Assembly: GCA_002010305.1 (NCBI GenBank)
Contig: MTND01000022.1
Location: 110,128-174,127 of the forward strand
From: Archaeoglobi archaeon JdFR-42
Lineage (GTDB): Archaea > Halobacteriota > Archaeoglobi > Archaeoglobales > JdFR-42
Direction of reading: 5' to 3'
Length of the DNA stretch: 64,000 nucleotides
The position numbers and the translations under genes are program-made. The notes beneath the pieces are model-generated. The model saw only the letters and a program-made list of their open reading frames with translations. It was not told the DNA's origin and made no database searches. Position 1 is the stretch's first letter, and the number at the start of each line of letters is the position of its first letter. This document shows positions 20,232-29,885 of this stretch, piece by piece.

Positions 20232-21272
20232 CTATATTAATTTTTCCTTGGCTGCAAGCTCCATGTTTAAGACAGAAGCGCCTGCTGCTCCCCTAATGGC
20301 GTTATGACCCAGGACGAGATACCTTATACCCTCTCTAATCCTTCCTACCGTCACACTCATTCCTTTACCTTCCTCTCTGTCCAATCTTGGCTGGGGTCTG
20401 TCCATCTCATCTCTGAGAATTATAAGTTCTTCTGGAGATGTTGGGAGATCAAGGGCTTTAAATTTTTTGAAAGCTTTTTTAACATCATCTACCGTGGGAT
20501 TCGATTCCATCAGCGCAAGCACAGACTCAAGATGACCATCCATAACATTAACTCTCGTGCATGTGGCCATAATGTCTATATCTGCCATTCGTATGTGGTC
20601 TCCGTCCAGCTCTCCAAGGAGTTTTAAGGGTTCGTTCTCTACTTTCCCCTCTTCGCCACTGATGTACGGAATTATGTTGTCGAGGATTGACATAGATGGA
20701 ACTCCAGGAAATCCTGCTCCAGAAAGGGCCTGCATGGTTGTTACCACTACTCTTTTTAGCCCAAATTGCATGAGAGGTTTAAGTGTTAGAGTTAATATGA
20801 TTGTGCTGCAATTGGGGTTAGTTATTATGCAACCATCCCATCCTCTTTTCTCCCTCTGAATCTCAATTAAGGCTAAGTGATCTGGGTTAACTTCCGGAAT
20901 AACCAGTGGCACATCTTCTTCCATTCTATAGGCACTGGCGTTGCTAGCTACAATGAAACCTTTCTCTGCAAATTTGGGCTCAACTTCTCTTGCCACATCG
21001 CTTGGCAAAGCAGAGAAAACTAGGTCTGCTTTTATTTCCTCTGGATCAAGTCGTATCATCTCCATGTTATATACTTCTTCTGGTACAGCAGGCCCAATTC
21101 TCCAGTCTACTTGTTCTCCATATTTTTTCCCTGCCCGTGTTTCAGAAGCAGCAAGAGCGGTTATCTCGAACCATGGGTGTCTAACAAGCATCTCAATAAA
21201 TCGCTGTCCTACGATCCCTGTCGCACCGAGTATTCCTACAGTGAAATGTGGCATGGTCTTGCCTTTCATCAA
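20232..21272 (-). CDS. asd: aspartate-semialdehyde dehydrogenase
   Basis: 346 aa. Contains GILGATGIVGQRF and NPNCSTI. The true start is possibly MPHF at 21254. Confidence 0.9.
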   Translation of the reverse strand: MMKGKTMPHFTVGILGATGIVGQRFIEMLVRHPWFEITALAASETRAGKKYGEQVDWRIGPAVPEEVYNMEMIRLDPEEIKADLVFSALPSDVAREVEPKFAEKGFIVASNASAYRMEEDVPLVIPEVNPDHLALIEIQREKRGWDGCIITNPNCSTIILTLTLKPLMQFGLKRVVVTTMQALSGAGFPGVPSMSILDNIIPYISGEEGKVENEPLKLLGELDGDHIRMADIDIMATCTRVNVMDGHLESVLALMESNPTVDDVKKAFKKFKALDLPTSPEELIILRDEMDRPQPRLDREEGKGMSVTVGRIREGIRYLVLGHNAIRGAAGASVLNMELAAKEKLI

Positions 21273-21555
21273 GGAATATATATTGGTTTCTCTCCGAGTT
21301 TTAATCTGGCTTTGTTTATTGCTCCATTCCGGTTTAGATAGGATGGTTGAATGAGAGCTATAAAAGTGTAAGGAAAAATTCTCTCTTTCTCAAATGGATA
21401 TCTCCTTTGAATTGCCGAAAGTAATTTTAGTATAAATCCCCTTTTAAGTTGGGCTCTGCATTCTTTAGGCTCTATTGGCACTCTTAATACTTATTTTCAG
21501 AAAATGCTGAGAATAGTTAAATATCATTAAAAAGCTGTATACAACAGGTGATTGA

Positions 21556-21966
21556 ATGGATGATAAATTTCTGGATATGCTCAACAGGGCTGTGGCACGA
21601 GAGGTTAAGGTATCCATCCAGTATATGTGGCAACATGTAATGGCCAAAGGTATTAATTCCCTCTCAGTGAAGAATACTCTACGAAGCATTGCGATTGTAG
21701 AGATGCAGCATGCAGAGGAAATTGCTAAGAGATTAAATGATCTAGGTGGTATTCCAACAACCGAGTATGGAGAGGTTAATATTGGAAAAGACATTGCTGA
21801 AATGCTTGAAATAGATGTCAAAGAGGAAGAAGAAGCCATTAACCTGTATAAAGAGATCATCTCTAGATCTGAAGAAATAAGTGATATTGGGACAAGGACA
21901 TTATTTGAGAAAATCTTGGCTGATGAGGAAAACCATTACTATACTTTCAAGAATCTTCTCGAATAA
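21556..21966 (+). CDS. ferritin-like / bacterioferritin-like four-helix protein
   Basis: 136 aa. Has the diiron-type spacing E..QY...EMQHAEE...EEEAI...DEENH. Confidence 0.65.
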   Translation: MDDKFLDMLNRAVAREVKVSIQYMWQHVMAKGINSLSVKNTLRSIAIVEMQHAEEIAKRLNDLGGIPTTEYGEVNIGKDIAEMLEIDVKEEEEAINLYKEIISRSEEISDIGTRTLFEKILADEENHYYTFKNLLE

Positions 21967-22000
21967 AAAATGTAAAAGGAATATTTTCTTTTGGAAACTT

Positions 22001-22207
22001 TTACTGGATTTCAATGGCCTCAGCGGGACATACATCTACACAAGTTCCACAATCTGTACAGGTATCTGGGTCCACAACCGCTACATCGTTCAGTTCTATA
22101 GCTCCAACAGGGCACTCATCTACACAGGTCCCGCAGGCTGTACAGACATCTGGGTCAACTACTGCTGGCAATTTAACACCTCCTGTTCCATATTTTGAGT
22201 TGAGCAA
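22001..22207 (-). CDS. 2x[4Fe-4S] ferredoxin
   Basis: 68 aa with CTACGTCVDECP and CTDCGTCVDVCP. Confidence 0.85.
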   Translation of the reverse strand: MLNSKYGTGGVKLPAVVDPDVCTACGTCVDECPVGAIELNDVAVVDPDTCTDCGTCVDVCPAEAIEIQ

Positions 22208-22262
22208 ATAGCTGATGCATTCCTGCCTATTTCTGATCAGTTATAAATAATTTTTGTAATAT

Positions 22263-22308
22263 TGTAAAGCTATGCTTTGCAAATTGTCAATGTAAATCCA
22301 CGATATTG
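22263..22308 (+). repeat. bipartite palindromic element, copy A (right arm of hairpin 2 decayed)
   Basis: TGTAAAGC-TAT-GCTTTGCA-AA-TTGTCAAT-GTAA-ATccacgata. Lies between the ferredoxin gene (-) and the 73-aa ORF (+). Confidence 0.7.
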
Positions 22309-22382
22309 TTATATTATATAGGATTTATAATTATAAATCCAATGCCAAGGTTAATATGAATATAGCTAATAGATATTAAATC

Positions 22383-22604
22383 ATGAAGCTTGAGGAGCTG
22401 GACAAGGAAATTGTGGATTTGATATCAAAAAGAATGGAAATACGCTTTAAGAATTCTCAGATAGAGTTTGATTTCAGCACAGTCGTAGATTATGCAACTG
22501 AAAAAGGTTTAGACACAGGAAAGATAAAAGAAGTATTTGAATTGCTAGAGAGGATGTTCAGGGACCGATATGATGAAATGCGTGGAAAAGGGGGCATTCC
22601 ATAG
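22383..22604 (+). CDS. small helical protein, weakly AroQ chorismate-mutase-like at both ends
   Basis: 73 aa. LEELDKEIVDLISKRMEI resembles helix 1 of AroQ, but the central part is missing. Bracketed by inverted copies of the bipartite repeat. Confidence 0.35.
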   Translation: MKLEELDKEIVDLISKRMEIRFKNSQIEFDFSTVVDYATEKGLDTGKIKEVFELLERMFRDRYDEMRGKGGIP

Positions 22605-22610
22605 GAAAAC

Positions 22611-22653
22611 ATATTGTCGGCTATGCTGACAAACAGTAAACCACTGGTTTACA
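22611..22653 (-). repeat. bipartite palindromic element, copy F (inverted relative to A)
   Basis: The + strand reads ATATTGTCGGC-TAT-GCTGACAA-ACA-GTAAACCA-C-TGGTTTAC. Starts 7 nt after the stop of the 73-aa ORF. Confidence 0.7.
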
Positions 22654-22695
22654 TTATGAAAAATTTTATATGCTATTCAGAAATCCTTTAAAATC

Positions 22696-23490
22696 ATGAA
22701 AAAGAGTACTTCCCATAAAATCCTCGCATTTATCCTCGCCTTCATTATGATTGGATCTGTACTTTCTGTATTAGCTCCATCTTCTCCATCCACTCGAGGA
22801 AGGGAGATTAAAAAGGAGGTGGCTTTTGAGAATTATAAAGATGCTTTTAGAATAATCCCCCCTAATATAGCCATATTTCAATACGTTAAAACCGATAATA
22901 TCAAGAATACTGATCTTGAATTATGGTTGATCCAGAACAAGTTGATAAGCTCCCAGGATGTCAGGGCTGCAATGGTTGTGGACTTTTACAATGGTTTGTG
23001 GGTAGAGCTGGTTAACAACAATAGAAGTGAAATTAAATATTCTTACTCTCGCGTTGTAGAGTATGGAAATTACTCCTTGAAGGACAACAATGGCATTGTT
23101 CTTGCAGATGAGGTCTCTCCTTACGTGTATGGTCCTCAACCAGTTGTGGAATACGTTCTGGATTTGATGGAAGACGGAAATCTCACGAATGCATATTCAG
23201 AGATATATGAAAAATACAATCTCTCTATTCTTGGAGATAACTATGATTACGTCCAGATACGAGCAGGAAACGTCACTAATGGATCGGACCTTTTGTTCGT
23301 GGGAATACGTTACACAGGAGATGGGCTGTATGAGAGGATTTCAGCGTATCATCTTTCAGAAGAAAATGTCATTCTGTTAGATACGGGAAACAAAACCAGA
23401 TTTCTGGAGTACAATCTTACTTACGTGGATGACTTCAGGGTAAAGAGAGTGGTTGGAGACTTTAAGTCTGTAATTGAGGACCCTCTGTAG
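22696..23490 (+). CDS. signal-anchored secreted protein rich in N-glycosylation sequons
   Basis: 264 aa. N-terminal hydrophobic anchor ILAFILAFIMIGSVLSVLA and 7 N-x-S/T sequons in the C-terminal half. Confidence 0.5.
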   Translation: MKKSTSHKILAFILAFIMIGSVLSVLAPSSPSTRGREIKKEVAFENYKDAFRIIPPNIAIFQYVKTDNIKNTDLELWLIQNKLISSQDVRAAMVVDFYNGLWVELVNNNRSEIKYSYSRVVEYGNYSLKDNNGIVLADEVSPYVYGPQPVVEYVLDLMEDGNLTNAYSEIYEKYNLSILGDNYDYVQIRAGNVTNGSDLLFVGIRYTGDGLYERISAYHLSEENVILLDTGNKTRFLEYNLTYVDDFRVKRVVGDFKSVIEDPL

Positions 23491-24726
23491 GTGGTCCCTC
23501 TGATTGTGGATGAAAATAAAGGGAACACGGTACTGGTGGAAGGACCAAACGAGTTTTATGTTAAAGAGGGTGCAGTATCGATTTATGGTTGTCCTGTAGA
23601 CACCCTCACCATTCCAGACGGGAAAGTTCTACCCTTGTATGTAGAAGAAGATGCGAAAATCGAACTGTCTCATCTAGGACACGTTATACCCATAAAAGGA
23701 AACTCAATTCCGGAGGAATGGAGTGAATTAAGTCAAAAAATTTCTCAAGGAGAATACAGGAAAATTATGTTTATAGGACATTCAGACACAGGAAAAAGCA
23801 GTTGCATAACTTATCTGGCTAATATGTGTGAAACTCAGGCAGCGGTGCTGGACTGTGATATTGGTCAGGCTGATATATCATATCCAGCATCAATCAGTCT
23901 ATCTGTAGTTGACTCAAAAATACCCAGTCTAGAATACTTGTCTCCTTTTGACTCATATTTCGTGGGGAAAACCTCTCCAGCAAAAATTGAATTACGGTGC
24001 CTTCGCGGTATCGCAAAGCTCATAAGAAAGGCAGAAAAAATAGCAGAAGTTGTTTTCATTGATACTACTGGGTGGATTTATGGTATAGGCGCCAGAGAAT
24101 ATAAGCTTGCTAAAATTAATGTGGTAAATCCCGATCTTATTGTTTGCATGAACAGGGATGTATATTACTTGGAAGGATTTGAGAAGGTTGTATTACCATC
24201 TTTTGTGGTTAAAAAGAGAGATAAAGTGGAGAGAGCAGAATACAGAGAACAAAAGTTCAAAAAAAGTCTAAATGGTGGGCGTACAATTACCATTCACTTA
24301 GATACTGTGACTGTAAGAAATTCAATGCTGTTTTGCGGAGAAGAACTTACCCAAGAAGAGACGGAAAGTCTGAAAAAGCTCATAGGGATTGACATTTTAT
24401 ATGGAGAGAAATCTGATGATTTCATCATAATGCTAACCGATGAACCCATAAATTTCAGAGAAATCTTTCAGGAGCTGAAAACAGTAAAATCTCTTTTTGA
24501 AGTAGCTGATGTGAGGATATATGCAATAGACCAGCTCAAATATCTCCTCCTAGGACTTAGAGGTGAAAATCATATAGGAATAGGTGTGATTACTGGCTTA
24601 GATCCGATGAAGAAAGAGTTGGAAATCTACACTCCCGTTCCTGAAGATGATATTAAAGTAGTTGAATTCGGCCTCATGAAAGTGAATGAAGAAGGTAAAG
24701 AGCTTGGTTTTATGGAATATTATTGA
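23491..24726 (+). CDS. Clp1/Grc3-like polynucleotide 5'-kinase
   Basis: 411 aa with P-loop GHSDTGKSS. The GTG start immediately follows the upstream stop. Confidence 0.65.
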   Translation: MVPLIVDENKGNTVLVEGPNEFYVKEGAVSIYGCPVDTLTIPDGKVLPLYVEEDAKIELSHLGHVIPIKGNSIPEEWSELSQKISQGEYRKIMFIGHSDTGKSSCITYLANMCETQAAVLDCDIGQADISYPASISLSVVDSKIPSLEYLSPFDSYFVGKTSPAKIELRCLRGIAKLIRKAEKIAEVVFIDTTGWIYGIGAREYKLAKINVVNPDLIVCMNRDVYYLEGFEKVVLPSFVVKKRDKVERAEYREQKFKKSLNGGRTITIHLDTVTVRNSMLFCGEELTQEETESLKKLIGIDILYGEKSDDFIIMLTDEPINFREIFQELKTVKSLFEVADVRIYAIDQLKYLLLGLRGENHIGIGVITGLDPMKKELEIYTPVPEDDIKVVEFGLMKVNEEGKELGFMEYY

Positions 24727-24741
24727 AAAGGCTGAGAGACT

Positions 24742-25140
24742 ATGCTGGAAGAGATCATTATATCAACTGAAAAGCGAGTTGAAATCGTGGATATCACCAA
24801 CATGGTGGATGAGCTTGTCAGAAAAAGTGGAGTTGAGAGTGGGATAGCAATCATCTGGACATTTCATACTACATCCGCCATTGTTGTCAACGAAGGAGAA
24901 CCAAGACTGATGAAAGATATTCTAAAAATGCTTGATCGAGTGATTCCTGAAGAAGGAGATTATGGTCATAATATTATAGACAGGAATGCTGACGCTCATT
25001 TGAGAGCCACCCTTCTGGGAGAATCCAGAGTTATCCCTGTAGAGAACGGAAGATTAAAGCTTGGAACATGGCAGAGGGTTCTCTTTATCGAGCTAGACGG
25101 ACCCAGAAACAGAAAAGTGGGAGTAACAGTTCTGGGATAA
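24742..25140 (+). CDS. YjbQ/UPF0047 family (secondary thiamine-phosphate synthase)
   Basis: 132 aa. Contains HTTSAIVVNE and DAHLRATLLG. Confidence 0.8.
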   Translation: MLEEIIISTEKRVEIVDITNMVDELVRKSGVESGIAIIWTFHTTSAIVVNEGEPRLMKDILKMLDRVIPEEGDYGHNIIDRNADAHLRATLLGESRVIPVENGRLKLGTWQRVLFIELDGPRNRKVGVTVLG

Positions 25141-25188
25141 AGAAGATTGAATAATTGATCACAGGTAATAGATTTTCATAGAAAATAC

Positions 25189-25231
25189 TGTAAGGCTATG
25201 CATTACAACTTGTCAATGTAAATTGACAATA
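25189..25231 (+). repeat. bipartite palindromic element, copy B (best preserved)
   Basis: TGTAAGGC-TAT-GCATTACA-AC-TTGTCAAT-GTAA-ATTGACAA-TA. Upstream of the radical SAM Ahb/NirJ-like gene. Confidence 0.75.
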
Positions 25232-25294
25232 ATGCAAAAAAAGGGATATATAGGATAGAGGAAATTGCTTAATAATATATAAGTGGTGTGGTGT

Positions 25295-26470
25295 ATGATA
25301 GGTCTTACTAAAATGGTGTGTGGAACGGCGACCGTCTCTGAAGTTCTGACATATGGAAGAGACAGTTCAAGAGTTCCTGCTAGGTTAATTCAATTTTCCA
25401 AAGATAATCGGCCTGTTACGGTATGGAATGTAACGGGTGCGTGTAATCTGGGGTGTATACACTGTTATGCCTCTGCTACGAGAAAACCAAGAAAGGGTGA
25501 ACTCACAACAGACGAAGCCAAGAAATTCATAGACGATCTTGCTGAAATGAAAGTTCCTGTTCTGCTGTTTTCTGGAGGAGAACCTCTTGTCAGAGAGGAT
25601 ATATTTGAATTGATACGGTATGCAACAGATAAAGGATTACGATGCTCTCTCTCTACTAATGGTACCTTGATAACTCCAGAAATTGCAGAAAGACTTAAAG
25701 AAAGTGGTGCTGTGTATATTGGGGTTAGTATAGACGGGCTTCCAAAAACAAACGATCGATTCAGGGGCAAGAAAGGAGCCTTTGAACTGGCTCTGAAAGG
25801 CATTGAGAACTCCAGAGAAGTTGGTCTGAACACTGGTATACGATTCACGGTAACCAAGTATAATTATAAAGAAGTGCCCGCAATAATCGATATTCTCGCT
25901 GAAAAAGATATTCCTCGATTCTGTCTGTACCATCTGGTCCCTTCAGGAAGAGCAAGTTTTGAGGATGATATCACCCCATCACAACGGCGTGAACTAGTAG
26001 ACTTTTTGTTTAACAGGACTATTGAACTCCATGATGAAGGGTATAAAACTGAGATATTAACGGTGGATAACCCGGCTGATGGTATTTATGTATATCTTAA
26101 GCTAAAGGAAATGGATGAAGATCTGGCTGAAAGCGCCTTCAAGCTTCTTGAGTTTAGAGGAGGAGACAACTCAGGTCGGAAAATTGCAGATGTTGATATG
26201 TATGGCAATGTTCATCCGAACCAGTTTTGGTGGGATTACACAGTTGGGAATATAAAGGAAAAAAGGTTCAGTGACATGTGGTTGGAGCCTGAGGATCCAC
26301 TTCTCAGACAGTTGAGAGAAAAAACCAAATACCTCAGAGGCGAAAAATGTGGGAGATGCATGTATAAAGAGATATGTGGCGGATTCAGGTTAAGAGCTCA
26401 ACGTGCTGGTGATCTATGGGGCGATGATCCTGACTGCTATCTAACTAAAAAAGAAATTGGTATTACCTGA
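25295..26470 (+). CDS. radical SAM/SPASM enzyme, AhbC/AhbD/NirJ-like (alternative heme biosynthesis family)
   Basis: [10 protein letters not shown] radical SAM cluster, a C-terminal [17 protein letters not shown]-like motif, and an N-terminal LTKMVCG...TYGRD segment like NirJ/Ahb proteins. Start chosen at the ATG after GGTG. Confidence 0.7.
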   Translation: MIGLTKMVCGTATVSEVLTYGRDSSRVPARLIQFSKDNRPVTVWNVTGACNLGCIHCYASATRKPRKGELTTDEAKKFIDDLAEMKVPVLLFSGGEPLVREDIFELIRYATDKGLRCSLSTNGTLITPEIAERLKESGAVYIGVSIDGLPKTNDRFRGKKGAFELALKGIENSREVGLNTGIRFTVTKYNYKEVPAIIDILAEKDIPRFCLYHLVPSGRASFEDDITPSQRRELVDFLFNRTIELHDEGYKTEILTVDNPADGIYVYLKLKEMDEDLAESAFKLLEFRGGDNSGRKIADVDMYGNVHPNQFWWDYTVGNIKEKRFSDMWLEPEDPLLRQLREKTKYLRGEKCGRCMYKEICGGFRLRAQRAGDLWGDDPDCYLTKKEIGIT

Positions 26471-26511
26471 ACGCCAAAATAACTCGTGTCCATACACTGG
26501 GGGGATTATAT

Positions 26512-26787
26512 ATGAAAGTAAGGGCTCATTTATTCATTTCTGGTAGAGTTCAGGGAGTATTTTTCAGAGATAGTACCAGAAAAGAAGCTTTGAAGAGGGG
26601 TATTACAGGATGGGTCAGAAATCTTCCAGATGGAAGGGTAGAGGCCGTGTTCGAAGGAGATAAGGAGATGGTGGAAGATATGATTCGGTGGTGTCATAGA
26701 GGACCAGAAATGGCGAAGGTAATCTCCGTTAAAGTAATATGGGAAAATTATATAGGAGAATTCTCTAATTTTCGAATTGTTAGATGA
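26512..26787 (+). CDS. acyP: acylphosphatase
   Basis: 91 aa, [18 protein letters not shown]...[12 protein letters not shown]. Confidence 0.85.
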   Translation: MKVRAHLFISGRVQGVFFRDSTRKEALKRGITGWVRNLPDGRVEAVFEGDKEMVEDMIRWCHRGPEMAKVISVKVIWENYIGEFSNFRIVR

Positions 26788-26852
26788 TTCAAGGCCATTA
26801 TTGTACACCTCACTTACTGCTTATCAACCAAGCTGACAACAATTTCAAAGAA

Positions 26853-28085
26853 TTAAAGAGATGGTAATATTCTGTTTATCTCTTCTTCCAGCTCTTCGAG
26901 ATCTTTTTTAACTCTGGCCACTCCGGTCTTCATGGCAGCTTCAGCAACTTTCAACGCCACTCTGGGTACAACTCTGGGGTCAGTGGGCTTGGGAATGATG
27001 TAATCCTCTCGCAACTCATCATTTTTCACTGTGCTTGCAATAGCGTATGCTGCAGCAATCTTCATCTCTTCGTTAATATTCATGGCCCTTACATCCAAGG
27101 CTCCTCGAAATATTCCAGGAAATCCGAGGACATTATTAATCTGATTTGGAAAATCTGATCTACCAGTTCCTACGATTCTTGCTCCCCCCTCTCTGGCATC
27201 ATCGGGCATAATCTCTGGATCTGGATTAGCCATCGCAAATATTATGGGATCATCAGCCATCTGTCTCACCATGTCCTTTGTGACCAGTCCGCCTACTGAA
27301 ACACCGATAAATACATCAGTTCCTTTCATAACTTCTGAAATAGATCCTGTAACTCCTTTTTTGTTAGTAATCTTGGCAATTTCCTCCTTAATGGGATTCA
27401 TATGTTCTTTTCTACCTTTGTAAATGGCTCCCAGTCTGTCACATAGAATAACATCTTTTACACCCATTGAAAGGAGTATTTTGGTAATGGCAACTCCTGC
27501 AGCTCCTGCACCACTGATCACAACTTCTATTTCGTTAAACTTCTTGCCTGTAATCTTTAAAGCGTTGATAAGCCCGGCCAGAGTAACAACCGCAGTTCCA
27601 TGCTGATCGTCATGGAAGACAGGGATGTCAAGCTCTTTTTTCAAGCGTTCCTCGATCTCAAAACATGCTGGTGCTGCAATATCTTCTAAATTAATCCCGC
27701 CAAATACAGGAGAAATGAGCTTTACTGTAGTAACTATTTCGTCCACATCCTTGCTGTTGATACAGATAGGAAAAGCATCAATACCGGCAAAATTCTTGAA
27801 AAGTATGGCTTTTCCTTCCATCACTGGAAGAGCTGCTTCCGGGCCTATATCACCGAGACCTAGCACAGCGGTACCGTTAGTAATCACTCCAACCATATTA
27901 CCTTTGATGGTATACTCATACACATCCTCGACTCGCGTAGCAATCTCTTTACATGGCTCTGCAACACCAGGTGTGTAGATCAGACTGAGATCCTCCTGGG
28001 TACTGCAGGGAACCTTACAAAAAACGCCAAGTTTCCCCCTATATTTTCTGTGCAAATCCAGTGCCTCTTCCCTCAATTTTGTCAT
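26853..28085 (-). CDS. NAD(P)-dependent malic enzyme (short form)
   Basis: 410 aa. Contains YTPGVAEPC, FHDDQHGTA and GAGAAG. Confidence 0.9.
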   Translation of the reverse strand: MTKLREEALDLHRKYRGKLGVFCKVPCSTQEDLSLIYTPGVAEPCKEIATRVEDVYEYTIKGNMVGVITNGTAVLGLGDIGPEAALPVMEGKAILFKNFAGIDAFPICINSKDVDEIVTTVKLISPVFGGINLEDIAAPACFEIEERLKKELDIPVFHDDQHGTAVVTLAGLINALKITGKKFNEIEVVISGAGAAGVAITKILLSMGVKDVILCDRLGAIYKGRKEHMNPIKEEIAKITNKKGVTGSISEVMKGTDVFIGVSVGGLVTKDMVRQMADDPIIFAMANPDPEIMPDDAREGGARIVGTGRSDFPNQINNVLGFPGIFRGALDVRAMNINEEMKIAAAYAIASTVKNDELREDYIIPKPTDPRVVPRVALKVAEAAMKTGVARVKKDLEELEEEINRILPSL

Positions 28086-28177
28086 GTTTTTCCCCCGAAA
28101 GGATAATTCTTATTATATCCTGACAACTTACTTTTCAATAGATTTTAATTTTTCGTTTTTCTACGAGGTGAAATAGA

Positions 28178-28696
28178 ATGAAAATATGCGTGCTTAGGCT
28201 GGGACACAGACCAGAAAGGGATAAAAGAATAACCACTCATGTGGCTCTGACAGCAAGGGCTTTCGGATGTACCGGGATGTTTCTGGCTGGAATGGATGAG
28301 AAAATAAGAGAGAGTATTAATAGAGTTAACGAGAACTGGGGAGGAAAATTCTTCGTTGAATTTGTAAAAGACTGGAAGACTTTGATTAGAGAGTGGGATG
28401 GTATAGTAATACATTTAACCATGTATGGGATACCACTTCTCAGGATTCAGGAGAAAATACAACCAGAGGAGCCAATACTGGTCGTGGTTGGAGCTGAAAA
28501 AGTCCCAAAAGAAGTGTATGAGATGGTGGACTACAATGTATCTATAGGGTTGCAACCACACTCTGAAGTAGCTGCACTGGCAGTATTTCTCGACAGGATA
28601 ACCGATGGAAAAGAGTTCACCATAACTTTCCCTGATGGGAAAATGAAAGTAGTACCCACCGAGAAAGGGAAAGTAGTTGAAAAATATGATGAATAG
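28178..28696 (+). CDS. trm56: tRNA (cytidine56-2'-O)-methyltransferase
   Basis: 172 aa, [26 protein letters not shown]. Confidence 0.8.
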   Translation: MKICVLRLGHRPERDKRITTHVALTARAFGCTGMFLAGMDEKIRESINRVNENWGGKFFVEFVKDWKTLIREWDGIVIHLTMYGIPLLRIQEKIQPEEPILVVVGAEKVPKEVYEMVDYNVSIGLQPHSEVAALAVFLDRITDGKEFTITFPDGKMKVVPTEKGKVVEKYDE

Positions 28697-28711
28697 AAGG
28701 AGCTTGACGAA

Positions 28712-29770
28712 ATGACAGAAATTGGATCCGTGCTTGTTATCGGAAACAACGTTAGGCACATAGTTGCATCTGCGAAAAGAGCTGGATTTTATGTTGTTGC
28801 AGCAGATAAATATAGAGATGCAGATCTATTTCTGTATGCTGATGAGGTTGCAAGTCTCAGAGAAGCGCCAGCACTAGCCAATGAAGTGGACGGAATCGTC
28901 TTGGGGAGTGGGTATGAAACATACAATATTGGTGGAAATATACTTGGGAATAATCCCTCTAGGGCAAAAGAAGTGGTTGATAAAAGGAAACTATGGAAAA
29001 AGCTAGATAATCTTGGGTTTGTCCAACCAGAAATTGTTAAAGGGCTGGAAGAGGAAGAATTAGGTGTGCTGAAACCCAGAGTGGGATCAGGAGGATCCGA
29101 TAGCCGGATTGTGTATGGAAATGTGTTTAATGGGAAAAAGCCGGGGAATGAATGGATACTACAGTCTTATGTTAAAGGAACTCCATGTAGTGTATGTGTA
29201 ATCTCAAACGAAGATTCTGTTGCAGCGGTTTCTGTTAACAGACAGCTAATCGGGGTAAAATGGCTTGGTCAGAAAAATCCTCTTGGGTATTGTGGAAATC
29301 TGTCTCCATTTCTTGAACGTCTTGATGAACTCAGTAATCTTGGAGAGGAAGTGGTCGAGAGCCTGTCTCTGGTAGGATGCAATGGAGTTGATATAATAAT
29401 GGGGGATCAATTGTATGTGGTAGAGGTCAATCCAAGGTTTCAGGGAAGTCTGGATTCCATTGAAATGGCCTATCAAACGAACCTTTTCCATCTTCATGTC
29501 AAGGCATGTCAGGGAGAAAGAATTGAAAGGCAAAATTTAAGGGATTATGTGGTGTTCTCTGCTAGAGGTATTCTATTTACAGAAAAAGGTGGAGTGGTAA
29601 AACGAGATTTTCTAGGACATCCCAACACCATGGATGTACCTTTAAAAGATAGCAAGATTGAAGCCGGAAATCCAGTTATTTCTGTAGTTGTATCGGATTA
29701 TAGTGAGAAAAAAGCAATGGATAAACTTAAGAACCTTGCCGGGTTTTTCAGAGAGACTATTTTCAAGTAG
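28712..29770 (+). CDS. ATP-grasp superfamily enzyme (COG2232-like)
   Basis: 352 aa. VLKPRVGSGG and YVVEVNPRFQGS ATP-grasp motifs. Confidence 0.6.
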   Translation: MTEIGSVLVIGNNVRHIVASAKRAGFYVVAADKYRDADLFLYADEVASLREAPALANEVDGIVLGSGYETYNIGGNILGNNPSRAKEVVDKRKLWKKLDNLGFVQPEIVKGLEEEELGVLKPRVGSGGSDSRIVYGNVFNGKKPGNEWILQSYVKGTPCSVCVISNEDSVAAVSVNRQLIGVKWLGQKNPLGYCGNLSPFLERLDELSNLGEEVVESLSLVGCNGVDIIMGDQLYVVEVNPRFQGSLDSIEMAYQTNLFHLHVKACQGERIERQNLRDYVVFSARGILFTEKGGVVKRDFLGHPNTMDVPLKDSKIEAGNPVISVVVSDYSEKKAMDKLKNLAGFFRETIFK

Positions 29771-29842
29771 TTATCTGGGCTTGGCTATCATGGATGAATT
29801 TGCACTAAGTTTAAATTGGTTGAAGTATACAATATATGTTGT

Positions 29843-29885
29843 TGCAAGTATATAACTTACAATTTGTCAACAGGAGTTGACAATA
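29843..29885 (+). repeat. bipartite palindromic element, copy C (abuts the tfe start codon)
   Basis: TGCAAGT-ATATA-ACTTACA-AT-TTGTCAAC-AGGA-GTTGACAA-TA followed directly by ATG. Confidence 0.75.

Noticed and set aside
22566-22630. Possible C/D-box sRNA (ATGATGA at 22570 and CTGA at 22626) near repeat copy F
   Set aside because: No D'/C' boxes at proper spacing. The C-like box lies inside the ORF, and CTGA is part of the repeat arm.
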